Below, in pieces: positions 43,757-57,174 of a stretch of DNA of 64,000 nt. This DNA is from Squalus acanthias (lineage: Eukaryota), in NCBI GenBank assembly GCA_030390025.1, contig CM059432.1, positions 22,818,001 through 22,882,000 on the forward strand, given 5' to 3'. A program made the position numbers and the translations under genes. The notes below the pieces were generated by a model that was not told the origin of the DNA, searched no databases, and saw only the letters and a program-made list of their open reading frames with translations. The number at the start of each line of letters is the position of its first letter. Positions within the stretch are counted from its first letter, which is position 1.

Positions 43757-46700
43757 GAGGTTAAATTTGCCAACTCCCAAAAATGGGCTTGGGGATCGCG
43801 GGACACGGTTAACCTGGGCCTGTTCATTGCTTTGCAGGCAGCACGTTGAATTGGTGCTGCCTGCTGTTCTATGGCTGCACACATCAGCAGTGGGCCCAAT
43901 ATCTCGAGCGGCTAGCGTTACTTAAAGGCATCCTGTACCTCTTAAAGGGGAGGTGCATTATGGCTGCAAGAAGTGCTGGGTGTTTTTTTGAAAAGTGAAT
44001 CTGGGCTGTGATACTTTGAGGGATGGCTGAACATGCGAGAGAGCGAGCACCAAGGTTTTCTTACAATACACTTGATGTCTTGGTGGAAGAGGTGGAAAGA
44101 AGAAGAGACATCCTGCATCCACAGGGGGAGCAGGAGGCCCTGCAGACATATGCTCAGGAGGCAGTGGGAAGAAGTAGCAGCGGAGGTCAATGCCAGGAGT
44201 GTTGCTCCAAGAACATGGATGGAGTGCAGGAAGAAGTTTAACAATCTCACACGAGTTGTCAAGGCGAGTGAGTTCATCTTCAAATGGCATATCCTACCAA
44301 CTGCACCACTAGCCTCATCCACTTCTCAATTCACTACACCCCCATCAACCAACTACCAACAATCGCTATCAATCAGTACTCAATCCTTCAATTCATATGC
44401 TTTACCTCACCCTCACACACTTAGCACTGTTGAAAGCCTCGCACCCACAATTCACAGCTCGCACACTGGCAGCTATTCCATCATGACAACCACGTCATCC
44501 AAACATATTGCAGGACACTCACTGACACACTTCCTTCTTTCTTGCAGGAGAAGGTAGTGCATAACAGGAGGCATCAGACAGGAAATGGAGGAGGACAAGC
44601 ACGCCTGCATGTTTTAACCCCCATGGAGGAGACAGTGCTGACCATCATGGGAAGGGGCATTGCTGACACCGTGGTCACTAGCAGGACTGGAGGGATCGAT
44701 GATGAAGGTATCTGCATACATAATCCTCCTTCTCTCATCCCACTTCTCCCTCATTCCACAATCTCTTCTGACTCACAAGCTGCAGATGGTGTAAGCACGC
44801 ACTTCCTACTTTCTCCTCTCCCCTCACCACAACCCCACCCTTGTCTCTTTTTCATTCAAATACCCGGTCAGAGGAGAAAGAGGAAGAAGATAGTGAAGAT
44901 GAAGAGACACCGTCACGTTGATCTTCTGCTTGCAGCCACCAGCTCAGAGACTGACACTGTGTGTATTTTAGAGGCTAGGATAGAGGAGGGATCTACATGT
45001 GATGAGACACCGGGCACAGGGCAGGGGGAAAGGATAGCGCAGGTGCCATCTCACATGGCAGCGAGATCACAATCTAGTTCTGCTGCAGAGGAGTCAGATG
45101 AGGGCTTTGATGGGCCAGGATACAGAAGAAGACTGATGGACGCACAAAACCAAATGCTTGGTGCATCGGAAAGCCTGCACACAATGCCAAGGAGCATGGA
45201 GGAGTTCAACACCAACTTGGCACAGGCTTTGCAGAGTTAGAGCCCATCCTTTCCAACACGGAACAGGTGGCCACCTCCATCAGCACACTTGTGGAACCCA
45301 CCATAATACAACGTCTGATGGCCAATGTCACAGCTTGCATTGCAGCACAAACAGCTTCCATCAAAGGTCTGAGTGCTGTAGTGGAAGCTCAGACTGCTGC
45401 CATGTAAGATCAGACTGCTGCCATTGCGGCTCTGGATACCACTGTTCAAAGGGGCTTCCAGGGCTTCACAGTAGTCCATCAATCTGTTCTCCAACAGATC
45501 AGTAGGTTTGCTGAGCCGCCACCCTAGGAGAGTGGCAGTGGCTCCATGAAGCACGAACCTGCTGTCCTTTCTCAGGATGACAGCATTCATGCTCACACCC
45601 CACCACTCCGCCAGTGCCCTTGCTGTTGCCTGTCAGCCAGCCAGCCCAGGCTGCAGGTGCAGTCTGGAGCCAGGCCTTCAAGGCCCAGAGCTGCTTGAGG
45701 TCGCCCTCCAAGGCCATCTGCAGTCTCCTCAATTGAAGGTTAGCAGCCTTCCACTGTACTGCTGCACTGGGGAAGTACCTCATAGGAGCACTAGGATAGG
45801 CAAAGGCACATGGAAGACAGGCACTAAGGGAATACAGAAGGGTGATTTGTTTATTTTTGTATGCTGCCTGTGGTCGCACACCAGTTGCTCATTGAGGGAG
45901 TGGAATCCCTTTTGGTTCATGAAAATGGCAGAGTTCGCATGAGGCGCACGCAAAGCAATGTGCATGCAGTCAATGGCACTCTGCAGCATGGGGAAGCCTG
46001 TAATGCATGCAAACCCTCGTGCTCACTCCATCTGTATCTCTCTGGCAAGAGCGAATGAGATTAAACTGCCTCTCTGTGTATAGAGAGCCTCACTGACGCT
46101 TAAGCAGCAGTGCACTGCAAACTGTGAGATGTTGCTTATATCTCCAGCAGCAGCCTGGAAGGAGCCAGGCGCATAAAAGTTAAGAGTCACGGTCACCTTG
46201 ACAGCCACAGGCAATGCTGTCCTTGCCCAGCTTTGAGGTTGCAGTTGTGGCTACAGCAGTTGGCTGCTTTCAGTCACAACCTCTTTTGTGAAGCGAAGAC
46301 GTCTCAAACATTGGTCCTCGCTGAAGTTGAGGTAAGAGAATTGCTCCCTAAAGACCCTTGGTGGATATGACCTCCTGCTCCATCTCCTCCTCCTTTCTCT
46401 TCTAGCAGCTTGTCCTGCTCTGCGTGGCCTCTCTTCATTCTCCTAATCATGCTCAATTCCCAGAGTAAAGCTTACCAGGCCACCCATGTCTGGAAGCAAC
46501 TGGTTGCAACACATGCTTTAAAATGAACAGAAAAGTACTTCAGCACCAGCCAGACCACTCCCTCCCTGTAGAGTATTCAAACTTTAGCCAAATATAGGAA
46601 AGCTCCAAAAACACATACAATTGCACTAGCAGCCAGAAGAAATAATCCAGCAATTAACCTGTAAGAAGTTCATGATCCCTTTAAATAGCGCTGGTGGGGG

Positions 46701-46930
46701 GGTCCTTCATTCCGTTTAACGTCATGTTCAGCTGTGCACGGTTAAGACTGGCTGGAGTGTGGAGTTCAAAAATGGCAGCGCTGGTGTCAAATCAGCTTTG
46801 CACACTGATTGATGTCATAATCTGCCTGCTCTGCTTGCTGCCACCAGTCGTTAGATGTGCGCAAACCCCTTTACCAAGATGGCATCCTGCGCACATCCCG
46901 TCAGAAGTCTGCACAGGAAACAGGCAACTG
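43757..46930. mobile_element. Decayed PIF/Harbinger element (Myb gene on plus from 44023, partial transposase on minus ~46487-45860)
   Basis: Plus: MAEHARERAPRFSYNTLDVLVEEV, WEEVAAEV..RTWMECRKKFNNL, EKVVHNRRHQTGNGGGQARL. Minus: PVAVKVTVTLNFYAPGSFQ, AIDCMHIALRAP, NQKGFHSLNEQLVCDH. The transposase C-half is missing and the ends are approximate. Confidence 0.85.
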
Positions 46931-49420
46931 AGCTTTGGATGAGCTCAAGTTTACGGAGGGTGCAAGGTGGGAGGCCGTGGAAGGCAACTTTTTCTTTTTC
47001 AGTGTATCTAAAAACCTAATACGTGTCTTTTCACTTCTACTGTTCATCAGTAAAGCATTTCATCTGAAATATTTAACTGTGTGGTGAGTCTCGTTTTTGC
47101 AGTGAATAGCATGTCAGCTTAGTTATCAGAAGCTGAATCTAATAACATTGCATCTCTGACCATTCTAAGCTGCATCCACAGCTCCCACTGCTAATCAAGA
47201 TAGTGCCACTCAGACCTTAAAAAGTGTTCTGGATTACAACAAACCAACAAGTATCTTGGCAAAGTGTTTATATATTTGAAAATGAAATGGTCGTAATGGC
47301 TTTTGGACTGACAGTACAAGCAACTTTTCAGTTATTTTTTTTTAACTTTTTTTAGTTCCTTTTCAATTGGAAAGCAAATTTTTTAGGATGTCGGGAGGAG
47401 ATCTAGGGAAACATCTGACTTTGATTCAGTAATTATGTGTCAAAGCCTTCTTGATCTACCGGCCTACATGGACAGAGCCCAACAATGTACCATTGGATAA
47501 TACAGATAGATAGTCATCTCTACAGTGGCAGGTACTGGACACCAAGATTAGTACTCTTGCAGGGATCAAACATAGATTTTCCCCTCAGATTGAAAAGATT
47601 GCCCGGACCTTCAATAAATATCTGCAAATCATTGGGTCTCTTCAACTTTGTTGAGTTTCAGGAACTTGTGCAAAAAGTGACTTCCTCGAAAAACATATAA
47701 CCCGAGGGATGGGACACATTGTTCAGGCACAGTAGAAGGATCTGACTGTGCTTTATTTGGCCTGGGAGTATCTGATAGGTGTCAAAAAGCAGAAAGCAAT
47801 CTATTCCCAATGCAGACTGCTGTGATTCGTACTCATTCTCGTTGCAAAAGGCAGCTTCCATAGGCGAGGTCACATGTCCTAAGATCGGCAACTTAATCTT
47901 AAAGGGGAGCTTTTCCTATGTATGTGCCCAGGCACATTGGAACACTTATATCTGAAAATTAGGTGGGGCGAAGTTCATGCGTGTAGAGGAACTCACTCAA
48001 TATCGTTCCATTTAAATTAATGGAAAGATCAGACATGTTCCTTGATGGCGTGTGCCTGATTTTCTGGTGTTCACGATGCCCAAGCGATCCAGTACACTTG
48101 GGCGCAGACACAAAATATCCCCTGCCCCAATTAAATTGGGATATAGCATGAGACAGGGCAAACAATCACTTATTGGAAAACCATTACCGACCGGATAATA
48201 CCTAAAGTTTATTAAAATATATTCTCAGGAAGGTTGCATTTATTGCCCATCCTACTTGGCCCGAGAATGTGATGGTGGTGGTCCTTCTTGTTGAGTGGCA
48301 TGCTAGGCCATTTCAGAGGGCACTAAGAGACAACCATATAATGTGGGACTGGAGACTGGGTGGGGAGTGGGGGGAGGCAGGTCCCTTCCTTGAAGGAGGT
48401 TTGTGAAGCAGTTTTTTTTTTTTAAAATCCAGTAGCTTTCATCATCAGTTTCACTTGGTGTTCGGAACAGAAGTCGGCCCTTCAGCCCCTCAAGCCTAAT
48501 CTGCCACTCAGTTAGATCACTGATTGACTCCATTTACCTAGCTTTGCTCCATATCCCTTGATGCACTTAGGCCACAAATTACCTGATTTATTGAATTCAA
48601 TATCACAACTTTGTATGCTGAGATTTGAACTCATCACAACTGGGTTACTACTCCAGCAGCATACCCACTACATTACCATATCCATTTCTGTGTTGTATCT
48701 TATGGCAATTCAGAAAATGGATAATATGAGCTAAACCAGATACTTTCATAACAAGATAAACCATTAAATAGATTTATTTGCGAAATAAATTATTTACAGA
48801 CGCGAGTCAAATAGGTGAGAGATTGAACAGTCCAATGCAGTCCTGGAAGTCTAGAACAATTCAAAAGGGGTTAATCAAACAAACCAGTCAACCAAAACCC
48901 TTTCAATTCTTCCAACAGAACTTGAGATGAAATACTTCCTACAAAAGAAATAAACAATCTTGTTCTGCAGCGAGAATAGAATAAAGTCTTTGTGTGAATT
49001 GTATGCGCAAGTTTACAGAGTCTAAATCATTTCCGTGTGCCATGGCAAGACCAGCCAAACTAAATCATAGTTAGCAGTTGAAAGACCGCTAGTTTAAATC
49101 TACCATGGTTACTGTTGTTGGAACATGTGAGGTGAGTAAGCTAAGCTACTTCAGGGGGGTTCTTTAGTATTAAATAGATGGATTGATAAAGCGTTAACAG
49201 AATCATGAAAATAGGCTATGGGCAAGTAAGCAAAAGATGGATGCTAAACCACAGGCAAGAATTTGAGTTAGAACAGAGCTAGCTGTGTCTGGGAGCCAAG
49301 GTCAGTCATAACTGTGTTGGAATGTTGTAAACAGGAGAAGGAGGACTGGTATCTCTGCTAAAGGCTTGGATAATGGGTGCTTCACAGAATCCTCAATCAC
49401 CAAGGACGCCATATCTCTCC

Positions 49421-51241
49421 AGATTGATTAAGAAAGGGAAGATAGATTATGAAAGTAAATTAGCAAAAAATATAAAAACAGATAGTAAGAGTTTTTATAG
49501 TTATATAAAAAGAAAAAGGGTGGCTAAAGTAAATGTTGGTCCCTTAGAGGATGAGACCGGGAAATTAATGGTGGGAAATATGGAGATGGCAAAAACACTG
49601 AATGAATATTTTGTATCAGTCTTTACAGTAGAGGACACTAAGAATATCCCAACACTGGACAAACAGGGGGCTATAGGGGGAGAGGAGCTAAACACGATCA
49701 AAATCACTAAGGAAGTGGTACTCGGTAAAATAATGGGACTCAAGGCGGATAAATCACCTGGACCTGATGGCTTACATCCTAGAGTCTTGAAGGAAGTGGC
49801 GGTAGGGATTGTAGATGCATTGGTAATAATTTTTCAAAACTCCCTGGATTCCGCTAAGGTCCCGGCAGACTGGAAAACTGCTAATGTAACACCCTTATTT
49901 AAAAAGGGCAGTAGACAGAAGGCTGGTAACTATAGACCGGTTAGCCTAACATCTGTGGTAGGTAAAATTTTGGAGTCCATTATTAAGGAAACAGTAACAG
50001 GACATTTGGATAATCATAATTTAATAGGACAAAGTCAGCATGGTTTTACGAAGGGGAAGTCATGTTTGACAAATTTGCTGGAGTTCTTTGAGGAAGTAAC
50101 ATATAGAGTGGATAAAGGGGAACCAGTGGACGTAGTGTATTTAGACTTCCAAAAGGCATTTGACAAGGTGCCACACAAAAGATTATTGCTTAAGGTAAAA
50201 AATCACGGAATTGGGGGTAATATTCTGGCATGGATAGAGGATTGGCTATCTAACAGAAAGCAAAGAGTTGGGATAAATGGTTCATTCTCAGACTGGCAAT
50301 CAGTAACTAGTGGTGTTCCACAGGGGTCAGTGCTGGGTCCCCAACTCTTCACAATCTATATTAACGATTTGGAGGAAGGGACCAAGTGTAACATATCAAA
50401 ATTTGCAGATGATACAAAGATGGGAGGGAAAGTAGTGAATGAGGAGGACATAAAAAACCTGCAAGGGGACATAGACAGGCTAAGTAAGTGGGCAGAGATT
50501 TGGCAGATGGAATACAACACTGGAAAGTGTGAGGTGATGCACTTTGGCAGGAAAAATCCTAGAGCAATTTATTATCTTAATGGCAAGAAACTGGAGAGTA
50601 CTGAAGTGCAAAGGGATCTGGGGGTCCTGGTGCACGAAACTCAAAAGGTTAGTATGCAGGTGCAGCAAGTGATTAAGAAGGCAAATGGAATGTTGGCTTT
50701 CATTGCTAGGGGGATAGAATATAAAAATAGGGAGGTATTGCTTCAGTTGTACAAGGTATTGGTGAGACCGCACCTGGAATACTGCATACAGTTTTGGTGT
50801 CCTTACTTAAGGAAAGACATCCTTGCTCTCGAGGCAGTGCAAAAAAGGTTCATTCGGTTAATCCCGGGGATGAGGGGGTGGTCATATGAGGAGAGGTTGG
50901 GTAGATTGGGACTCTACTCATTGGAGTTCAGAAGAATGAGAGGCGATCTTATTGAAACATATAAGATTGTGAAGGGGTTGGATCGGGTGGATGCGGGGAG
51001 GATGTTCCCGATGACGGGTGAGACGAGAACTAGGGGACATAGTCTTAGAATAAGGGGCTGCTCTTTCAAAACTGAGATGAGGAGGAACTACTTCACTCAG
51101 AGGGTGGTAGGTCCATGGAATATGCTGCCACAAAAAGCTGTAGAAGCTACAACATTAATTAAATTTAAAACAGAAATAGACAGTTTCCTAGAAGTAAAGG
51201 GCATTAAGGGTTACGGGGAGCGGGCAGGAATTTGGACATGA
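49421..51241 (+). CDS. CR1 ORF2 reverse transcriptase (partial, no endonuclease), ~606 codons intact
   Basis: KSPGPDGLHP, NYRPVSLTS, QHGF, DFQKAFDKVPH, GVPQGSVLGP, FADDTK. The listed ATG at 49373 lies in flanking DNA. Confidence 0.85.
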   Translation, partial: RLIKKGKIDYESKLAKNIKTDSKSFYSYIKRKRVAKVNVGPLEDETGKLMVGNMEMAKTLNEYFVSVFTVEDTKNIPTLDKQGAIGGEELNTIKITKEVVLGKIMGLKADKSPGPDGLHPRVLKEVAVGIVDALVIIFQNSLDSAKVPADWKTANVTPLFKKGSRQKAGNYRPVSLTSVVGKILESIIKETVTGHLDNHNLIGQSQHGFTKGKSCLTNLLEFFEEVTYRVDKGEPVDVVYLDFQKAFDKVPHKRLLLKVKNHGIGGNILAWIEDWLSNRKQRVGINGSFSDWQSVTSGVPQGSVLGPQLFTIYINDLEEGTKCNISKFADDTKMGGKVVNEEDIKNLQGDIDRLSKWAEIWQMEYNTGKCEVMHFGRKNPRAIYYLNGKKLESTEVQRDLGVLVHETQKVSMQVQQVIKKANGMLAFIARGIEYKNREVLLQLYKVLVRPHLEYCIQFWCPYLRKDILALEAVQKRFIRLIPGMRGWSYEERLGRLGLYSLEFRRMRGDLIETYKIVKGLDRVDAGRMFPMTGETRTRGHSLRIRGCSFKTEMRRNYFTQRVVGPWNMLPQKAVEATTLIKFKTEIDSFLEVKGIKGYGERAGIWT

Positions 51242-51480
51242 GTCTAGGTTCGGATCGGTCATGGCCCTGTGGGTAGTGGAGCGGGCCCAGGGACTGTGTA
51301 GCCTGATTCTGCTCCTATTTCGTGTGTGCAATTCTGTTAGATGCAGGAGATGGTTCTGTGATAGATAGTAGATTGGCGGTTAGGATCAGATCAGCCATGA
51401 TCTTATTGAATGGCGGAGCAGGCTCGAGGGGCCGATTGGCCTACTCCTGCTCCTATTTCTTATGTTCTTATGTTCTTATG
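49421..51480 (+). mobile_element. Young 5'-truncated CR1 LINE
   Basis: Uninterrupted ORF2 portion and (ttcttatg)3 tail. Confidence 0.95.
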
Positions 51481-52282
51481 TGTAAAACGATGATCATCTA
51501 ACGTTTTTGTAACTACTCTATGCACGGAAAAGTCGAATTGAGAACAACTTTCGTAACAAACGGTTGTTAATCCTGCAACAATGATTTAATATATATAAAC
51601 TAATAACAGTATTGTTTTATATAACCATTCTACAGTATTATATTAAATTACAAGATGATATGCAAATAATACAACATGGTTCCCAGGCCCGGAGTGATCA
51701 GTTCCAGCTCTCTAGGCTGCTGCGTGACTGTGGACTTCCGACTGTCCTGAGAATTCTAACGCTGGAAGGGGGAAAGCTCTATCTTTAGACTATTCGACCA
51801 ACTTAGGCTGCACGTATACACCCCTGTTCTTTTCATCTAGTCGTAAATTATCCCATCATTCTAGCTCTGGTTTAGTGGACTATGGGATGGCTTGTGGCCT
51901 CAACTCTTATCTCGCCTAGAGATGTAGTTTGTACCTCTCAGCAATGCCAGTAAGAATCCGTTATCAAAGTATTAGTTATTTTATGGCAGCCAATACATGT
52001 AAGTGAGAGTAATTTCCCATGTTAGGTATGTGGGTCTCCAATAAACCAACTTTCTTACTTAAGTAAGGGTCACCTCTTGACCTGGCTGTTCCAGCCAAAG
52101 GGAACTTCAGCATTCTCTGTTTCTAAGCTTTCTTTGTTCACAGGCATCAAGACAAAGATTTGATCCGTTACCTCCTTCCTTCATATTCGCTCTCTGGCTA
52201 AACCACTTTAAAATATTGTAATAGCAGTTCTGTAACTTTTATATCTAGGATTCTACTTTGATCAAAAAGCAGTTTCTGTTTA

Positions 52283-53643
52283 GGTTCTGACGAAAGGTCA
52301 TCAGCCTGAAATAAAAACAGAAAATGCTGGAAACACTCAGCTGGTCAGGCAGCATCTGTAGAGAGAGAAACAGAGTTAACTTTTCAGGTCGATGACCTTC
52401 GTCAGAATTGGAAAAAGTTGGAGATGTAACAGGTTTTTAAGCAAGTGTAGGGGCAGGGAGAGGGGGGAGGGGGGCAGGGTGAGGAAACAACAAAAGGGAA
52501 GGTCTGTGATAGGATGGAAGGCAGGAGAGATTAAGAGACAAAGGGAATGATGGTACAAGGCAAAAGGAGATGGTAATGGGACAAGTTAAGAAACAAAAGA
52601 TGACGCTAGATGAAGTATAAATGGCAATGGCAAGATGATCAACAGCTGCCATGTGAGAGAGAGAAGAAAAAAAACTGATAGGGGCAGAGGTTATGGTTTG
52701 AAATTGTTGAACTCGATGTTGAGTCCAGAAGGCTGTAAAGTGCCTAATCGAAAGATGAGGTACTATTCCTCGAGCTTACATTGAGCTTCATTGGAACAGT
52801 GTAAGAGGCCGAGGATGGAGAGGTCAGAGTGGGAGTGCAGCAGAGAATTAAAGTGACAGGCGACCGGAAGCTTGGGGTCAACCCTTACGGACTGAATGGA
52901 GGTGTTCCACAAAACGGTCACTCAATCTGCGTTTGGTCTCCCCAATGTAGAGGAGACCGCATCGTGAGCAGCGAATACAGTATACTAAATTGCAAGAAGT
53001 ACAAGTAAATCGCTGTTTCACCTGGAAGGAGTGTTTGGGGCCCTGGACAGTGGGAAGGGAGGAGGTAAAAGGGCAGGTGTTGGGGGTGATAGAGGAGTGG
53101 ACCAGGGTGTCGCGGAGGGAGTGGTCCCTTCGGAATGCTGAAAGGGGAGGTGAGGGGAAGATGTGTTTGGTGGTGGGATCACGCTGGAGGTGGCGGAAAT
53201 GGCGGAGGATGATCCGTTGAATGTGGAGGCTGGTGGGGTGAAAGGTGAGGACAAGGGGAACCCTATCGTGGTTCCGGGAGGGTGGGGAAGGGGTGAGAGC
53301 AGAAGTGCAGGAAATGGAACAGACACGGTCAAGGGCCGTGTCAACCACAGTAGAGGGGAATCCTCGGTTGAGGAAAAAAGGAAGACATATCGGAAGCACT
53401 AGTATGGAAGGTGGCATCGTCAGAGCAGATGTGGCAGAGATGGAGAAACTGGGAGAATGGAATAGAGTCCTTACAGGAAGCTGGGCGGGAGGAAGTGTAG
53501 TCCAGGTAGCTGTGGGAGTCAGTGAGCTTATAGTGAATGTTTGTCAATAGCCTATCCCCAGATCTAAAACGTTGACTCTGTTTCTCTCTCCACAGATGCG
53601 GCCTAACCTGCTAAGTGTTCCCAGCATTTTCTGTTTATATTTC
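52283..53643 (-). mobile_element. Penelope-like element, second family (GIY-YIG half) with hammerhead motifs
   Basis: HDRVPLVLTFHP, FTCTSCNLVYCIRCSRCGLLYIGETKRRLSDRFVEH. Hammerhead-like CUGACGA-AGGUC-AUC-GACCU-GAAA on minus at ~52381-52405 and a partial plus-strand copy at 52287-52311. Confidence 0.88.
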
Positions 53644-55643
53644 TTTTTAGATAAGACCTGATAAAGGACAAATACATTAGTTACGAAACTATCCAACAAG
53701 GAAGCACAGGCAGTTTGGGCAACTCATACAAATGATTAATGGGAAGTGCTCTTGTCGAACTTAAAATATTAACAGATTTGCACTCAAAATATTAGCCACG
53801 TATAAATACTTTATTCTCTTCTAGCTGTAGCAGTTGTTGGAGATGTCAAGGTAAGTATTCGTCTGCATCGTGCGGGTGGTAATCTGGAGGAGCAGACCTC
53901 CTGCCCATTACTGAATCCGTCTTATTTTTATTCCATGGATTTCTATGGGTTGAAAATCGGGCAGGTTGTACATCAGATGGGTGTACCACTCCTCGGATTA
54001 CTGCCCATGTGGTGAAGATGAAAATGCACACCCTCATCTCCAAGAAAACCAACTGACCTAAAATAAAGGAATACATTTTATGGTAAAATTATTTTAAAAA
54101 AACAGAAAAGCCATGAATATAATAGTATTTTTGACATGCTGAAATCATTGCCTTTGATTCACATAACTGATAGCTTTCAACTTCCATTTCCACAAGGCTA
54201 TTGAGTTGATTACATAAGAGCCCAATATAAATGTGAAATATCCTGTTTACTGATATTTAGCAATAGGTTTTAAATCTATTTTTCTGGAAAGGGTGTACAT
54301 AGTGAATAGTGAGTCACAGTATATTGACTAAAAATATTTTCCGACAGCAAAAAATTTCTGAGATCATTTCAGGTGTGTTGATTCACATTTTATAAAAATT
54401 AACTTGGCAGAGGGAACCAGTCATGGGGATAATGCTGTTAATCATTGGTAATCTCCTGGATCAAAATTTTGTGGTCAGAAAGTTAGAAAGAATTCTGCTG
54501 AAACCAAAGAACACCTGAATAGTGCCTGAAAAATGGGTGCTGCGATCGAATTTCTAGGCCAATAAATGAATTGATTTGTTTAATTTTATGCAGAAGCTGG
54601 TTCCACAGACAACTTGCAATTCATTTTGTAAAATATCTTAAATTGATTAACATCCCTACAATTAAACCAAATGGAACAAAACTCGAGGGTTAACAATGCT
54701 ACTAAGAAGAATATTGCAGTGTCAGGAAAGAAGCCTATCCCTCTTGAGGATGTCAACCCCATCTACAACCCCTGGTCCATTTTCTCTCCTGAAACAGGTA
54801 AAGTTGTCCCTTGAATTCATTTATATTGTCCATTAAATAGGCATCTCTGATAACTTATTCAGCAAGTCTGTTACACTTTGGACAAAAAAGGGGAGAACTC
54901 ACAGCCAGATGATTTGCACCTGAAAAACAGGCAACCAGCAGCACAAAATCGGTGGGGGGTGGGGGCGGGGGCACGCCCATTGATGCCCAAGGCCCGCTTG
55001 ATGCAATATTCAGGCAAGCACGTAAATGGGCAAGCAGCCTGCCCATCTGTAACAGGTGTAAGGCTATTTTACTGCACAATTGGTGTCCTAAGTCACTAGT
55101 AGGGCCCCAGTGCCAAATTCAGGTACAAATGGGTGGAGCACACTCTAACTAGTTGTACCAGATCTTGAGCACCCTAACCAGCAATCCTTAAAGGGACTGC
55201 TAGAGGCTGCTCAAAAAAAATAACCAAAAAAGGCCTGATGCTGAATTTGGCTCAGGCCTCAGGCTGGGAGCCCAGAGCAATCACTCCACTGACTTTAGCC
55301 CCAAATCGAATTTCTCACTCAGAGGATTTTAACTTGTAGTACTTGTGTTTTCATACAGCAAAAAAAAAGCCCTATTTCCTTCAGCGTTCCTCATATCTTA
55401 AACTCCAGATACCTGGAATCCATCTTTGTTGCTCATCTCTGTACACTTTTAAAGGCAGCAATATCCTTCCTCTGGTGAGTTGATCAAAACTTCAACTGCA
55501 GTATTCCACAGGGACTAACCAGCACAAAATGCAACAGAATTCAAGACTTCCAACTTGGCCAATTTCCTGTCCCTAAATGTCAGGTGCTAAGACCAATTAT
55601 AGAAACCGTCTAACTACGTCAACTGATACCAGTTAACTCTGTA

Positions 55644-56002
55644 CAGAACAAATTGTGAATGTCCTATCACTAGGTGTCACTGATACATTTGTTAAGTAGT
55701 AAGACACGCTAAAAGACTTCTGCAGTAGGAGTTCCTTAGAGTGCTTGGAAATGGGGCTCTCCTGGTTTGCCTGGCTCAACTACTCACTGGATAAACTTGC
55801 TGAGCTATCATGAATGCATTATTTTATAAATCTGAGCTAATCTCACCTTGCTTGTTGATGATACAGTACTTCCAATTGCTGCCGAAAGCAAAAATGTCCC
55901 ATTTCCAAGCACTCCAAGAAACTCCTGCTGGAGAAGAGTTTAAGCATGTCTTAGTGCTTAAGATATATCTCAGTGACACCTCGTGATAGGACATTCACAC
56001 TG
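55644..56002. mobile_element. Ancient fold-back element, probably a Tc1/mariner-pogo-type MITE
   Basis: Degenerate ~100-bp inverted arms (55654-55755 and 55898-55999) with outer TA-CAG...CTG-TA. Confidence 0.6.
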
Positions 56003-57174
56003 TACTAAACTTCAATTTTTGTCAGAGTTTTTCCAATGTCAAGACCTTTCTGGTGTCTAAATACTATATCAATCATCTATAGGACATAAGATTAGATAAT
56101 TTGATCAGAGGTCAGTAAATTGGTACCATAGGCTCCTAACTAAATTTCGAAAGCCAAGCAAAGATACATTGAATTGGCTCCAAGTCTCTGAAGTACTATT
56201 TCTGAGGCTCCGTTTTAGTTCAGCAGTGAAGTAATTCAGTGGACTCCAACTGATCTATGGGAGATCTTTCTCCTCCCAAATAAAATAAAGAGCAACGGAG
56301 GCATTGTGATTGATGACGTACTTACTGCCAACCATCAACAGCACAATGACATGTCAAGCTCTTGGCTCAACTTTCACAGCGAAAAGATCTTTCGCCCATA
56401 GAGAAGTGTATAAGAGTTGCACAGTCATTATGATTGACTCCAAAGTGTCGGAATTTTCAGTGAGAAAACTTGCCTTTGCCAATGAGTCTTTCCCACAGCT
56501 AGATCTCTCAATTCAAGGAAAAATAATTAGGGCTAATTTTACAAATCTGCGCTCCTGATATGTATCTTCATCACGTAAAAGGTAACTGGATTAACAGTTA
56601 ATTGGTTGAAGGATAAAGTTGTGTCATCCAATACTTTTTTGACAGAAAGCTGTCACATTTACATCAATAACTCTGCTATATAAACATAGCATTAAAATGC
56701 AATTAAATTGTGATCTGTAACCTCAAGGCTGAATTCAGAGAGGTCATCAGTTGATCAGTGCCATTAAATGGGAAGATAAATCAAAGAATGAGCAGTAAGT
56801 TTCTGATGACTCAGTTCGTAACTGCCTGGTGTAAAATAGTAATCAAAAGCAGAAAAGTGCCATGTTCAATTGATGATTGCAGACAGGGCAGAAGTAGGCA
56901 GCTACAAGTAGATACAGTGCCGCTGGCCTAGGGAAGAGAAAAATCATTTAGTTCGACTGATTTGTAACACTCTTGCATAACAACAATAACTTGCATTTAT
57001 ATAGCACGTTTAACTTCGTAAAATGTCCTAAAGTGCTTCGCAGAAGTGTAATCAGCCCAAAATGACACCGAGCCAAAGAAGGAGACATTAGGACAGGTTG
57101 GTCAAAGAGGTAGTTTTAAGCAATGTCTTAAAGGAGGAGAGAGAGGCGGTGAGGCAAAGAGGTTTGGGAATTTT

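Noticed and set aside
49373..49420. ATG start for a 622-aa RT gene
   Set aside because: The first ~16 codons are flanking DNA fortuitously in frame with a 5'-truncated CR1.
51545..52175. Possible third solo LTR
   Set aside because: The composition is suggestive, but no TG..CA termini or TSD could be defined.
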